A stretch of DNA of 64,000 nt from Amphiscolops sp. MND2022 (Eukaryota): NCBI GenBank assembly GCA_964187785.1, contig OZ076415.1:15810001-15874000 (forward strand), written 5' to 3'. The translations under genes and the position numbers were made by a program. Position 1 is the first letter of the stretch. Each line of letters opens with the position of its first letter. Below are positions 48,407 through 61,700 of the stretch, in pieces. Under the pieces are notes generated by a model. That model made no database searches, had not been told where the DNA came from, and worked only from the letters and a program-made list of their open reading frames with translations.

Positions 48407-48739
48407 TCATGTTAATTTGGTACATTCATTGTCAAGCCCTACTCTGTGGGTCGGCTTTGAAGAACTTTGCGATGTTGAAGGTAAGCTATTTTCATCATTT
48501 TTACTAATAACTGCCATCAATAGGTCCTTCAGTTGACTAAATTCGCTTTGTAACTCATTTATCTTCTTCTCATAGTTCTCTTTTATTTCAGACAATTGGG
48601 ACGAGATATCTGAAGGTTCGTTATTGTCAGAGTCATTGGCGGACGATTGAGCCATGTCTGGATCTATTGGAGAAGATGTTCCTGACGAGGAATGTATGAC
48701 TCTACCGCTTCTAAGTTCAGTGCCTTGGTCCGGATTCAT
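48407..48739 (-). CDS. Gag-like N-terminal segment in the E3 3' LTR, reading 7 codons into flanking DNA
   Basis: MNPDQGTELRSGR... with a coiled-coil-like stretch. The LTR end falls at ...RVGLD|NECTKLT. Gag identity is inferred from position. Confidence 0.6.
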   Translation of the reverse strand: MNPDQGTELRSGRVIHSSSGTSSPIDPDMAQSSANDSDNNEPSDISSQLSEIKENYEKKINELQSEFSQLKDLLMAVISKNDENSLPSTSQSSSKPTHRVGLDNECTKLT

Positions 48740-50724
48740 GTATTCGAGAGAAAAGAATTATGAGTGAAGACTGAATTATCTGAGATGTGTTTTCGATGTA
48801 TCTTGCTGATTTAACTGAATGTTCGATCTCAAAATTCACTAATTTGAACTGAGATGTTTTAGAAAGTAGTCGTACAAATAAGTAAGCAGTTAGATAAGGA
48901 AAAGAAAACTAGCAAGTTATTCAGAAGAAGTTCATCCAATGTTCATCGCAGTCGTAGATGTACCAAGAAATTACTCAGTTTAAATTTCTCAATTCCTGAA
49001 GATGAAATAGAGCTGTGTTTTCTGACTTTTGCGTGTTAGAATATCCAACTGGTCGGTAGCTTGTCGCAATTCGGGCTGAGTAATATTTAATGGCGGTCCA
49101 AATTACAGCAGTTCACGTGTCTTTTCGGTTGGTAAGACGCTAAATCTCTTACCAACCTTCTCCCATTGGCTGTTACCAGCTGGTGTTAAAATGGTAAGTC
49201 ACGTGACCGGTGTTGTGAACTGCCGCAAAGTGGCCACGCACCATGGTACATCTACATGTGTTAATGGTGTTTAGTCATCAATTCACAGTGTCGCAATTGC
49301 CTGCACATAACATCATGGTTTCTATAGTAACTAAAATGGACTCAAATTATTCAATAACGCACTAATTTCAAGCAAATTTAAGGTAAAGCACACTTTGGGA
49401 TGGGAAAACGATGTTTTCCGCTGATTCTAGCACCAAAATCAATGATTTAAAACTTGAAGATGGAAATGCGATGAACTTGTAAGAATATTTGCTGATTTCC
49501 AAGTATAGTTTAGCTCTGGATGAATATGCGATGAAATGTAGTCTTTCTCGCTCGAAAATCAACACTATTTAAAATGACGATGATAAAAGGATGAACTCTC
49601 TTCAAAATGAACGATTTTCCAGCACAATTTAAATCGACGATGGTAAAAGGATGAACTCTCCTCGAAAATAGCTAATTTCCAGCACTAGTGAAATTGACGA
49701 TGAATTCAGGATGAATTCAGTCGATAAAACAGGTGAAACAGCTAATTCTACAGTAAAGACAAATGTACGATGAGTTTAGGATGAATACATTCAATAAAAC
49801 AGCAAAATCTAATGGATCGAATTCCAATGATGAGTTTAGGATGAACTCAACTGAAAATTCGACTAATTCTAGCGCAAGTTGAACTAGCGATGAATTAGCG
49901 ATGAACTTGTGTAATAAATCTGCCAAATGTAGTGCGAGCTAAATTGACGATGAACTAGTGATGAATTAGTCAAATAAAACAGATATCCAGCACTTCACTC
50001 TTTTTTAGGATGAATTAAGGATGTACTTTCTCATTTCTTACTGTTACTAGTCAGGACGGTGAAATATGGATGTGTTATGCTCTTTAAGAAATGAGAAGCA
50101 CATTGAAAGTTAGTAACCACAATACGGCGATGAGTATGGGATGGTTTTCATGCATTTTAAAGTCCCGTGAGGTCCGCTGATGGATCATTAAATAAAATCA
50201 AATAAATGTCCCAATTTTTGTTCACCCGCAATCTTGGCGATGTGATTGCGATGAACTTTGGTAAAATAGCACTGTAATTTCACTGGTAAATCAAGCTGAA
50301 AGATCACTAAGTCCGCTGATGGATTAGTGATGAACTTTTCGTGAAATTTGCCACGACTACAAGCCCTGAGGCGGGGAGCTAGTAGAAGTTATACGTCTCA
50401 TCATTTAAGCATCCCTCGGTCCAGTCTGACCGGAAAATACTTCCCTCCCTTGTCGTGACGAACCAATATTGAATAAGATAGCACATTAAAGGCCATTGTC
50501 AAGATCATTTGTGCGGACACCGGAACTAGAGCGCTCAGTATTAAGTAAATATATATATAGCTCAAACTCAAGGGGGATAGGGATTAAGGTACAAGTAACG
50601 TAGGGTTGCTCACAACCATAGCTCTTCTTATATGACTTCATATTGCCCATATCTAAGTACATAAGACATAATATTTACATTACAGATATTTAGTAGGCTA
50701 TATTTCCATCATGCTGGCATGACA
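48430..50724 (-). repeat. Putative E3 3' LTR (TGTCATG...CTTGACA)
   Basis: The end at 48430 is well supported (GAC A phase, no PBS after it). The start at 50724 is only a candidate chosen by analogy with E2; the second LTR is outside the window. Confidence 0.55.
49399..50334 (+). promoter_or_regulatory. Phased array of GATGAA-N5-GATGAA dyads in the E3 LTR
   Basis: Dyads at 49399, 49459, 49519, 49579, 49639, 49699, 49769, 49829, 49889, 49949, 50009, 50129, 50239 and 50318. The regulatory role is inferred. Confidence 0.8.
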
Positions 50725-51898
50725 CTCCCGGGGGTGGGATTTGGACTGAGAGTGCAGGGGCCAAATGTGCAGAGGATGGTTGTCTCGGCGTTGGCTTCGA
50801 CTGTTTCCTTCGTTTTGTTGGGGAGAAAATGTCCTTCGTTAGTTCTGAATTGACATGTCCTTCGTTTGTTCTGTCCTGTGAGAGCTTCTCTGAGAAGAGG
50901 ACCTTCGGTAATCGTCATTTCTGGCATCATCCTGGGTGATTTTGGTTAAAATTTTCGACGCGGCAACTCCAATTCTTGGCCCATCGAATGTCCGCTGATC
51001 TGCATTATATTGGTCGTCATTCTTTTGACGGGAGCTCGGTTTGTTGATTATTTTGGTAGAAATCTCGATTTCCTGGAGAAAAGTTTTCCCCCAGGCCGCC
51101 TACGCTGAGTAAACATTCAAGGCATCTTCATTGACAAATTCGCAGTGAGCTGTCGCCGCCGTTCGTCTAATTGCAAATTCTCGGGATGAATGAACGATGA
51201 ATTGTTTGCTCAGTAAGACATCGATGCTGGTTTAGCGGAACGGCTGGCGCCGCTGCTTTGTTTACTCACGATGGAAAGGAGATGAATCGTCGTCATAGCA
51301 ACTGTCAAAAGTTACTTCCGTTGCTCGACTTTTGAGCGATGAGAAAGAGATGAATTCGTCGCCATAGCAATTGTTGCTCGATCTGATTGGCTGAGACTGA
51401 ATTTATAACTGAAGGAAATTACAACCGGTTGTCAGCAGCATTCTCATCCATAAATCATCCTCCATTCAAGTCGGTTTGAAAATCGCCACGATTTCCTTTG
51501 CGCGTTTCCGCTCAACTTCGTCGGTATTGATCTGAGACTGGCAGCTGTCAACAAATCAAATACTTGAAGTTTTTTGTCAAGTCGTAGCAGAGGACGATCC
51601 ATTTTCAGAGAAAGCTTGAGTTGGCTGTACTGGGAAGAGAAGTGATGTCAGTATTTGAAATCGGAGAGTTTTTCATCGATTTTTCATCTTCTGAATTCAA
51701 GTATTTGATCAACATGGCATTCAAGCTGCGTCGCGCTCTTTGAAATCTTCTATTGAATTTGTTCTTCCGTAATCATGGTTGATCAGGCCATTTAATTACT
51801 GATCAAATTCTCTGTTCCTGGATTCTTCGATTTCTTTCCTTCTTTCACCTTCTTCCATTCTTTTCAGATTGTTTTGCAATTTCTTCCTCAAGTGCGAG

Positions 51899-54800
51899 AT
51901 GTCTGATATTCATTCAGTTCATTCGTTACCTGAGACAGAGGCCACAGAAAGTAAGTGCACTATTTTTCTTTTCGTCACAAACGGGTTAGGGACAACTAGG
52001 TACTGAAGGCATGTCTCACTTTAGCGGACTCAGTCCATTCTGTCGGCGTCATCTCAGAGTTGACCACCCTTCAGACTGTACCTCCGCAAGCGGCTCCAGT
52101 AGCCCAACCAGCTATCGCTGAACCTCAGGTTGACCCTGGTAATCAGCCTGATCAAGAAGTCAATGTCCCGTATCTTCCGCAGTGTAAGTACTATCCTTCC
52201 AGTTTTCAGTTCAGTCTTCGAATCTCTCGTATCTCATCCTTACTTCGTCCAGTAGCTGACTCCTTTCGTACGGTGTTTCAGACCACTACCCTTGGTATGC
52301 CTCTCTCGGTAGCATCACCTTCGGGTGGTACGACCGCCACATGCGGGACATGCTGCGGGACAGCATCCAGCAGTTCAGTGAGTTTGTCAATTTCCTTTTC
52401 ACTCCTCTAGGCTATCGTCCGAACACTCCGATGTGATTCCGATGTAAACATCTCATCTGCATGTAGTGTCCTTTGCGGTCGATTACCCATGTAATTCATT
52501 TTTAAGATGAATTTAGGATGTGTCATGAACATTCACAGCTCTTCATGACTGACTCGCTGTAAATCCCATTTTTGAAGATGAGTTTTGGATGAATTCTTCT
52601 CCGGCCTTCTTTCTTCGCGCGGCGTACGCGCTCTTTCTTCTCCAATCGTCGTCGTCCAGTAACTGTTTCTTCTTTCAGGCCCCACACCGATCCACGCGCC
52701 AAGGCCTCGCCCTATTACCTACTCCGTGAGGATAGGGACGAGTGACTTTGGTGCAGCTCAGACAGATGCTAGCACACAGGGAGGGCCTCCTCCGCTGGAG
52801 CTGTCCTCTTTTCTCCAGGACCTCTCCTTGGGCGCTACCAGTTCTCCAGTTACACGGGCTCCGGTGTCTGTGTTTTCGCCCAATTTTCAGAGATTTCTGG
52901 ATCGCGAATCAGCAGCTCGCAGTCCTCCTCCTCCTCGTGTCACAGTAGAAGCGGCGGTTAGTGCCTTTGTCACTCACGTGGACGTGGCCGTCGATGCCTG
53001 TGTGGGTACCGCAGATCAGGAAGTTCAAGCTACCGTGGGTTTCAGTGACGCCTTCACTGACTATGACCCTCCGGCTGAAATTGCTCCTGTTGCCGAATTG
53101 TTAGAGACTGTTCTTTGCGAGTCACCAAGTGCCAATGTTCGTCGTCTTTCCTTCAGCTTTGAGTCATCCGTGGAGCCACCTGAAGACTTCACTGTGGATG
53201 GGTCATTGGCTGATGAACCTTCCTCTGAGTTGGCTGCCCCGGCACTAGACCCTGCCTCTGAAGAGACGTCTCCGATTGGTCCCAGCCTCGTCGACTCTGA
53301 CGACGAGTTGATTGCGACCAGGCTGCCAGGTTACCTAAGCAACTTTAAAACATGTGAAGTATCTGATCAGTACCTTCATTCATTCATTTTCCTCTTTTCA
53401 TTTTTGCTAGCAATTCAGATTTTTCGTCTTTTTCATCTATTTTCCATCGTTTTAGTTCTTTTCGCTGTTCAGTTTTGCATGTTATGTTTTTTCATCATTT
53501 TCTCATCGTTAAAAGTTTTCAAACATGGCGTTTTTCTCTTTTGTCTTGCATTCTAGCTATTTTAGCCACTTTTCATCTCTTTTACATCCTTAAAATTTTT
53601 CTTTTTCGTTTTGGCTATTTTTCGTCATTTTCTTTTCAGTTTACATCTCTTTTCCATCCTAATTTCGGTTTTGGCTTGAAAGATCTCAATTTTGGTTCAG
53701 AAGTTGTTCTGTACATCTCTTTTTCACTTTTGCATTTTTTTGAATTCGTTTTCGCTTATATTTCCTGATGAAAAACATTATTTTACATCATTTTTTCATC
53801 ACTCCGGGTGACTTTTGTTTTTAAGAGGTATTCGTTGGCTTGAGATGCATGAATTCGTATGATCGTTTTAAGATGATGTTTATGTTTTTTGATGTGATTG
53901 TAGACGACTATTAGTATATGTGCTATGAGTTAAACAAGTGGTTATGTGCGTTTGCAGGGCGCAGAGTGATCAAGCCAGGCTGGTTTGATCACGAATACTG
54001 TGGTCTGGCAATTGGGTATGCGCGAAACCACCAGTCGCGCATGTCGTACGTTCGGTGTCTCATCAGTAAGAGAGACATTAAAGTCGGGAGCCGTGGGATA
54101 ACCACGTTCATGGAGCACTGCCGCGGAATGCGTCATCACCGGCAGGATTGTGTGGTTCGCCTGCACCGCGGACTCCCACTGCGAAGACGAGACGGGACGC
54201 TCATGACAACAGAAGAGAGCGCCGAGTGCCGTGCGTCACTGGAAGGGGTTGCTGTACCCTTCATAGAAACTTGTCCTTCACTGAGTGTGATGGAAGTCTT
54301 TGACCGGGAGGGGGCTGGTCAGTCTGTGTGGGACGAGAACGATGAAAGTGAGGACTGGCCTGAGAAGACGGTTCATCTCTTCGTTTGCTTTGTGGTGGAC
54401 GCCCTGTACCGAGGTGGTCAATTTAGTGGAGTCTCCCATTTGTGGGAGGTGTTAGTGTCAGCGGACCCTCAGCATGCAGTGTTGTTTGGTGCGCGTTGCT
54501 CGATCTCAGACGTTATGGTAGGTAATTGTGTTTTGTTGCTTTCTTGGCTTGATTATGAAGCCTATAGTTTTTAGTATAGAGTACTAGTAGGTTGCGGGTG
54601 GAGGGGTATAATCGTTGTGTACGTAGCATCGAATGTTGTTGTGTTGTTTTTAGAGCGTTGTTCTGCTGGGCCTGTGGCCATACGTAATGCGCAGGCTGAT
54701 CACAATCTGGGGGAACAGTGAATACAGCAGTTTCCATCTGTCTGTGTCTGGAGGTCGTGTAACTGGAATTGTGACAGTATGTGGTGCAGATGGAGTCAGG

Positions 54801-56543
54801 AATTATACTGTCTTCAATTTCAATCTGGCACGGGACTGGGAAGGGCGAGTCATCACGTGGTTAGTCAACATGTGGTGTTGTATGCTCGGAGAGCCAGTTC
54901 CACTTGGACTGTGTTGCGATGCGTTGCCACAGCTGGGTGGACTATTCCGAGGCACCACTGGAGTCGGTCTAGTTGACGTCAAGCCCTTGGTCTTGTCTGA
55001 TGTGAGTCGGACGATAGTGGATGTCGCTGGACAAGTGTTGGGTGGGACTGACATACATGTCATTCTCAACCATTTGCAGAAGCGACTGGAAGGATTTGTC
55101 CGAGATCCACTACTATTGGCCTGTCCACATCTGTTGCAGGTACGTATGCTATGAGTGTACTTTCTGGAGGGGGTAGTATAAGTGGTTCGGAGGGAGGGTG
55201 GATCGTTGATGAGTTGATAAGATTGGTGCTGTGAATTTATTTAGTTTTATATACAATGTAGGCAATATTATCTGGCGAAGTCTACGTGTGGACTCTGGCT
55301 GATGTTTGCGATGAATTGAGAGCAAACTGGACAGACATAGTGTGTCTGCTGCGGTTCGCTAGTGGAGACGGGACGCTGGACACTCTTGATTTGACTCTGA
55401 GGACAGAGGTCGGGATTCCGGTCAGATTTCAAGCGCTTGGTCTGGTTTACCGTGTTTGTTAGTACTATTATTTCTTGTGTATGTAGGGGTCGCTAAGTAA
55501 TATGATTTGGTTCGCTCCAAAGTGTTAGTCGAATGATGAACAAAACAAAAAAAAGGGGGGGTACCGGGATACGGAATGAGCTAGGTGCATAATGTGCTTT
55601 GATGTTTCAGTGATAAATTCGTACGAAAAGAGCTTCGAGGACAATTGTGTGCGCAGCTGCTACTGGGCCGTGGAGAGTGCTTGTGCGAGGATTGATGACA
55701 ATGTTAATCGATGATGATGTACTGCCAGCAGTACTAGATGCACGCGCCTGGTTATTTGTAGACGTCGAGAGTTTTGCCATTTCTGGAGAGAAGCAGGAGC
55801 GTCTCGTTAGCAGTTTCCGTGCAAACGACGAAAATGAAGAAGGTGGTAATCTCTACGAAGAGGATCTGGCGCGAGTACCCATCTTCCTCTTGACTGTGGT
55901 GAAGAATGTTATCACGCTCCCGGGTGTTCGAGATGACCTTTCATTCGTGCGCGGGGTATTCAGTATGCCGAGTCTGACTGTAGTGTCGGAGGAAACATTG
56001 TTGGCGGAGATCCGCGTATTCACTGATCTGCTCGTAGAGTTGGGTCGTATTTCTACTGCTGAACAAGGAAATATGGAACGCGGGTTTTTGGATTTCGTGT
56101 TCAATTTCCGTCGTGGTGTTGAGTCGACTGGGAATGCTGCCAATGTGTCCGTAGTCAAGTTGTTGCGATACTGCTCGACTCGAGGGTCGCAAAATCTACT
56201 GCGCAGCATCTTCTGTCTAGATGGAGGGGTCCCAAGCAGTAACAGTTATCTATGCGACGGGATTGGACAGTTGAGCAGTGAACTGACGAGTGGGGTGTGC
56301 GCTGTCATTCATGGGTATTTCTCAGCGAGCAATATACGTAGTTATGGCAGTGTGAGTGGTCCTCTCTTGGAAGAGATTATGGAGGCGCACCGGCGTATCA
56401 TCGACTTAACCGAGCTTAGTGAGAGCATGCTGTGGGATGATATCGGGATTGTGGCGGGAGAAGAATACAGGCTTCAGTTATATGCAAACCTAGGCTACAG
56501 CATCACAGGAGAGCGGGCTGCCAGTCCAGAGATTGGACATTGA
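51899..56543 (+). pseudogene. E3 antisense multi-exon gene, homolog of the E2 hAT-transposase-derived gene
   Basis: Candidate exons 51899-51950, 52058-52183, 52679-53329, 53958-54517, 54654-55139, 55262-~55453 and 55611-56543. The first five junctions are in phase. Finger VRCLISKRDIKVGSRGITTFMEHCRGMRH has the second Cys replaced by Ser. A frame break occurs near 55650. Confidence 0.75.
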
Positions 56544-56851
56544 TCTTACAACTTTGCTTGCTTTTAATTTGCAATTTTGAGTTTTTATGTTATTTGATAG
56601 TGTTGTTCGTTAGCTATTATGTAGAAATGGGTGGCTAAACCAATGTGTTGCTCCAGGCAGCACTAGAAAGAAACAGAATGGCGTTGTGTCGGAAAATTCG
56701 GCAACGGGGTATGGGACAGTTGATACTTTAGCGCCTGAACTTGTTTTTAATTGAGTTACTAGTGAGTGAGAATACAGTCATCTTTTAGATAGGTTCACGG
56801 CGATTGAAAACTATTGTTGGTTTCAAATACTCTACGTCTCAGTTGTCATTT

Positions 56852-58729
56852 TTCATCGTTTGTGCATCGTAATTTCGTCTTCGCAGTTTTCCGTTTGTAG
56901 TTTCTAATCTTGTTCATCACTAGGTTATCGCGTGTTAGTGTTGCTAGTTAACCAGCGCTTCATATTTGAGCTTTCATCTCATTTTCATCATGTTTTCCTC
57001 AATCGGCCGAGCGACGTCGCGAAAACTGATTTTTCATCTTTTTTACATCGTTCGTTATATGCGATTCATTGCATGTTTGTTACATGTGATTTTTCTACAT
57101 AGTTCATCGTTTTTTCATCTTGCTTTTTAATTGTTGCATTTTTGCGAGTTTTTTGGTGTAGTTCATCTTTTTTGCATCGCAAGTTTGACTTGTCAGGTTT
57201 TTGTTCATTTTGCGGCATAGTTCATCTTCTTTTCATCGTGCGTTTGAAATTTTGTATTTTTGTGCGTTTTCGTTGCTATGTGACTATGACGTTTTCGGGA
57301 ACGTACTTTTCATGTGTTATGTGCATGTTTTGCTCATTTTATTCTGTCTCGGTATGATTTTCATGATCTTTTTAAATTTGCATGTCGTTTTGGAGTTCAT
57401 GGTATTTTCATAATGTAATCTTTTAATGGGTTACCCCATTATTTGCATGTTGAGTTGTTTTCGTTGGTAGTTTCATGTTTTGATAATTTTATTTTCGTTC
57501 GTGAATTGAGACAGGGTTTTGTCGTCACAAAGCCCCTACAAAACTAACTGAGAATCCACTAGCCGCTGGATAACCAACGCAGCAAGCTTCATCCGAAAAT
57601 GGTTGTGAGCTCCCCGCCTCAACTAACCAGCACTCTTTTCAGAGAAATGCCAGCCAGCACGAAGGAATGTTTTTAGCTTTTCGATAGGGGTGTTTTGCTT
57701 GTTATGAACTGATGTTTGCTGGGGGGTGCTCACTCCTTTATTCGTTTTGTAGGTGTTTCGTCAGTTCTTGTATTTTGCATGTAAGTTATTAGGCTTCATG
57801 TATTTTCGATTGTTTGTTTCATTTTTATTCGTCTAGGTTTGGATGGCTTTGGTGTGAATTGCATATATTATCTCGTTCGTTTTTAAACGGTACATGTATA
57901 TTTCCGTGTGTTGCTCATTTGTATTGCATGTAGTTTGGAAATGTCAATTTCTTTCGTGACGTCATTGATTTGGCAGGTCTTTGAACCGTACATGTATTGA
58001 TCATTTCATTTTTGTGTCGCATAATTCTATTTGCATGATTCGAAATAAGGTCGGCTGTTTTTTATCGTTTCGTGGAGTTACATGTTGTTTGAGAATTAGC
58101 TGATTTATTGTGATGTTATGTTGATGGTGTTTCCCATCACAAGGAGGTTTTGGTAAGTCATTTAATATTTTCGAACTTCCATTTAAACTAAATTCATCGT
58201 TTTGACATCCTCCAGCGAAGCTAGAGTATTGTGTCAGGTTAACGATAAATTCGGTCACGATTTGATGGTAGTGTCCATCACAAATTCATCTCGTTAAATG
58301 ATTTCATGTAATTTCTGAATAATTGGATCGAGTTCATCGCTATTTCATCCTCTAGCCGAGCTAGAGTTTTATGACAGCATGAACGTGAGTGCGTTCGCAT
58401 TCTGATGGTATTTTCCATCTCAAATGCATCGCTAGTAGATATTGCATGTTGATTGGTCGAATTTTTGACTGAGTTCATCACTTTTTCATCTCTCGTGTGT
58501 CTGAGCTAATTTTTCATGTGATTTCATCCTTTTTTCATCTCAAATTTTTGTGTGATGTTTTTTCTGGTTTTTTGGTCGTTTTTCATCCGTTTTACATCGT
58601 GTTTTGTTTTTATGCGTTTTTCATGTGATTTTTAGTGACTTCTCATCCATTTTACATCTTCATGTTCATTTTAAATTGAAATTGCATGTAATTGACTCGG
58701 TTTTGTGAATTGTTCATCTTTAACACATC
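56852..58729 (+). promoter_or_regulatory. Two phased clusters of TTCATC-N5-TTCATC dyads between pol and the antisense gene
   Basis: 56852, 56913, 56973, 57033, 57103, 57162, 57221; and 58193, 58274, 58333, 58414, 58474, 58523, 58582, 58642, 58713. Confidence 0.8.
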
Positions 58730-58757
58730 GTGTGTTTTGAAATGTTGTTTTTCTTGG

Positions 58758-61700
58758 CTAACTCGTTACGTTTACTTTGTTGGTCTTTCTCAGAGAGTTT
58801 CTGGCTGATGTAATCTCATGAATAAGGAAGTCAGGATATTTTTTCGTTGTAGGGTTTTCGCGTAACCTGTACCTACTTTGATTGTTTCTAGAAGGTCTAG
58901 AACTCATCCTTTCCTCACCTTCACTTTGCGTGTTTGTCTGTTGTGACTGATTTTCGTGTTGTTCGTCTGTCAGAGGTACTCTTATCCTACTTTCATCGCG
59001 GGGGGGGGGGCGGTAGAATAATTTCCTCTTGCGTTCCAAATCTAACTGTAGGTGGTCTAAAGTTGTTGTGGTCAGTTTCTACTTGCTGATAATCTATTCT
59101 CGTGGTTATTTCTGGTGGAATTACTTGTGGACTGTGTTGTTCTTGTACTTGCGGAATTATTTCTTCTGAAGGCTCTTCTTCGACTAAGTCTTGATCTAGA
59201 TTGTCATTCTCATTCTGATCTACTTCGTCGGTCGTCGGAATATTCGAGTCGAAAATGTCCGTGTCTTCAACCCTTTCAGTGTCTGGGTAGAGATGTTTGG
59301 ACACGTTGATGTCATCAATCGGAAATTCCGGTTTGAACAACCTCAGTCGCATTCTGTGTACGCACTGAGTTTGGTGTGTGCCTACTTTGCGGATGATGTA
59401 GTTGCTATCGGATAGCACTTTAATCACCTTGTACGGTCCTTTCCAATGGAAAGTTTTAAACTCTTCTTTGCTTCTCTGAGAGTCGTACTTAGGATCTAGT
59501 AGGAACACAAATTCATTCACCTTCAGTGGCTGTGCTCGTGCTTTTCTATCATAGTACGTTTTGTACTTATGATAGGCGGAAATGATTTCAGTGAATCATG
59601 ATACGTTGTGTTATGGGCCATGATTGCTATGTCGACATAGCGGTCCCATTGTGGTCGGTCTGCGTTTACACTAATTTTAAGGATCTTTTTCAGTTTCGCG
59701 TGCGTTCTCTCCACCATGCCTATTGTCTGTGCGTGCTTAATCGTGGCATGGGAGATGTGAATATCAGCCGCTTTCGCGATTTCAGACAGAAGTTCAGCCG
59801 TGAACGCCGTGCCCTTGTCCGTCAGAATGTGCTTGGGCACATACGCGTGTTTCGTGAAGATCGACAGTAATCCTCTGACTACGGAATGTGTATCAGGTCT
59901 CTTCAGCGGAACGGCGAACAGGTAGCGGGAAAAAACGTCAACAGCCGTCAGAATGTGTGTAAAACCGTTCGACGCCGGGAGTGGACCAACGATGTCTATT
60001 TCCAACAGGTCTTCTGGTCCGTCGCACGGGTCGTAGATTTTTTGTAACGGTGGACGTAGTTGCGTTTCTTTTACACTTTTAGATTTCATGCAGTTTTCAC
60101 ATCCGTCAAGGACTTTTTGAACTTTACAGGCTAAGTTAGGAGAGTAATATCTTTTACGAAGTTCGTGCAACATTTTCTTTGAACCAGGGTGTCCTTGTAC
60201 CGGGCTGTTATGTAGAGTCTTAATTATTTTCAAAATACAGTCTTCAGGAACAACTAACTGCTTGTGAGACTCCAGTCCCGTGTGATCAAAAAACTGTCTG
60301 TACAAGACACCGTTTACAACTTGTAGACGTTTTCGATTTTTGTGCAACTTTTGAAAAAACTGATCTTGCATATTAACTGGGTGTTGCAAAATTTCAGTAC
60401 CTTCTAAAATTCTAATCATTTTTTGAATAACCCAGTTATTTTTCTGGACCTGAATTAGATCGATCCCCTCAGCGGGGCTAACCTGACTCATTACCGGGTG
60501 TGATAATGATACTTTACGGATGAATTGCGAGAGTTGAATTGGCTCGTCCACGTCTGTGAGGCGGTACGTCAGATGGTTGTCAGTCGCGAAGTCATCTGAG
60601 GCCGCTGTTCTCTCACAGTTGGTGAACTTCATCCCTTTCCCATCGTCATGAGCCACGTCAGTGCCAGTTGCCAATTTCATCTCTTTGACATCCTTCTGGC
60701 GTTTGCATCTGAGTGGTTCGCTCGTGGGAAAGTAGTCAGGCTCGTCTTCCTCCTGTTTTGGTGTACGGGAGGCGATGTCGATCTCGATCCTGTGAATTGG
60801 AATAGTATCAGTCAATTTTAAATGTACACGGTCTTCAGGTCTAATCTCAAGCCGAGATAAGTAATCCGCTGCGGGATTTTCAACTCCTGGAACATGTGCT
60901 AATAAAAAATTGAACTGAAGGGTTTGATCGCAAAAATTCCAAAGTGAAGGCGGGATATGCTTCGCCTGAAAAAATCTAGTCAAGGCCTTATTGTCAGTCA
61001 TAACAATGATGGGTTTTTTCGCACCCCACAGAATGTGGCCAAATTCATCGAAGGCAAAGTGCATAGCTAAAAACTCTTTGGAATACATTGTTAGAGACAT
61101 CTGGCCGCCCTGAAATTTCTTAGAGCCAAATTCAACAGGGGCGTATGTTTGTTTGACTGACGGGTCAGCATAATCCTCAATTAACAAAACATAGCCGGCA
61201 GCGTGTTCGCTGGCGTCACACATGATTACCAATTGTTTATCAGGTAATGGCAATTTCAGAGACACTTTTGTTGCTTTTAACAAACTTTCATTGATTTCAA
61301 AAATAGCATCTTTATGTTGTTGATTCAGTTTGAAAGGGACGTCCTTCTTGATCAATTCCTGTAAGCAACAAGTTTTATCAGCCAGTCGGGGAATATAAGA
61401 CCTGTAAAAATTTACAAAACCAAGATAACGTTGCAATGCTTTCACTGAGTTGGGGGGTTTCAATTTGGTCAGATAGTCAGTTACTCGTTTCTCAATGGGA
61501 GCAATACCGGTGCTAGAAATGGTTTTTCCCAAGTACTCAATTTGTTTTTGGCCAAATTCACATTTACTCATGCTAAGTTTAAGACCGGCTTTGTTCAGCT
61601 GCTGAAAAACAAGTTCAAGGTTATTAATCAGTTCGTCAGGGGTGTGTGCTGCAATTCCAATGTCATCATCATATTGAGCACATCGGTCCGCTTTGACCAA

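Noticed and set aside
47880-48429. Possible LINE 3' remnant flanking E3
   Set aside because: Too degenerate to support.
49198-49207. E-box GTCACGTGAC, with CACGTG also in the E2 and E4 LTRs
   Set aside because: Short common motifs; not distinguishable from chance without enrichment tests.
49717-49926. Short ORFs over the dyad arrays (also 53475-53768, 57142-57413, 58001-58481)
   Set aside because: They are low-complexity by-products of the repeats, lack stop codons by chance, and show no protein-like features.
49399-50334. CRISPR-like reading of the 60-bp periodic array
   Set aside because: The conserved part is only two degenerate hexamers, neighbouring spacers are partly similar, there are no cas genes, and the context is a eukaryotic LTR.
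50709-51130. E3 equivalent of ORF-C
   Set aside because: Position and strand fit, but the reading is broken and I could not align it to E2 ORF-C or find the SxAAAC motif.
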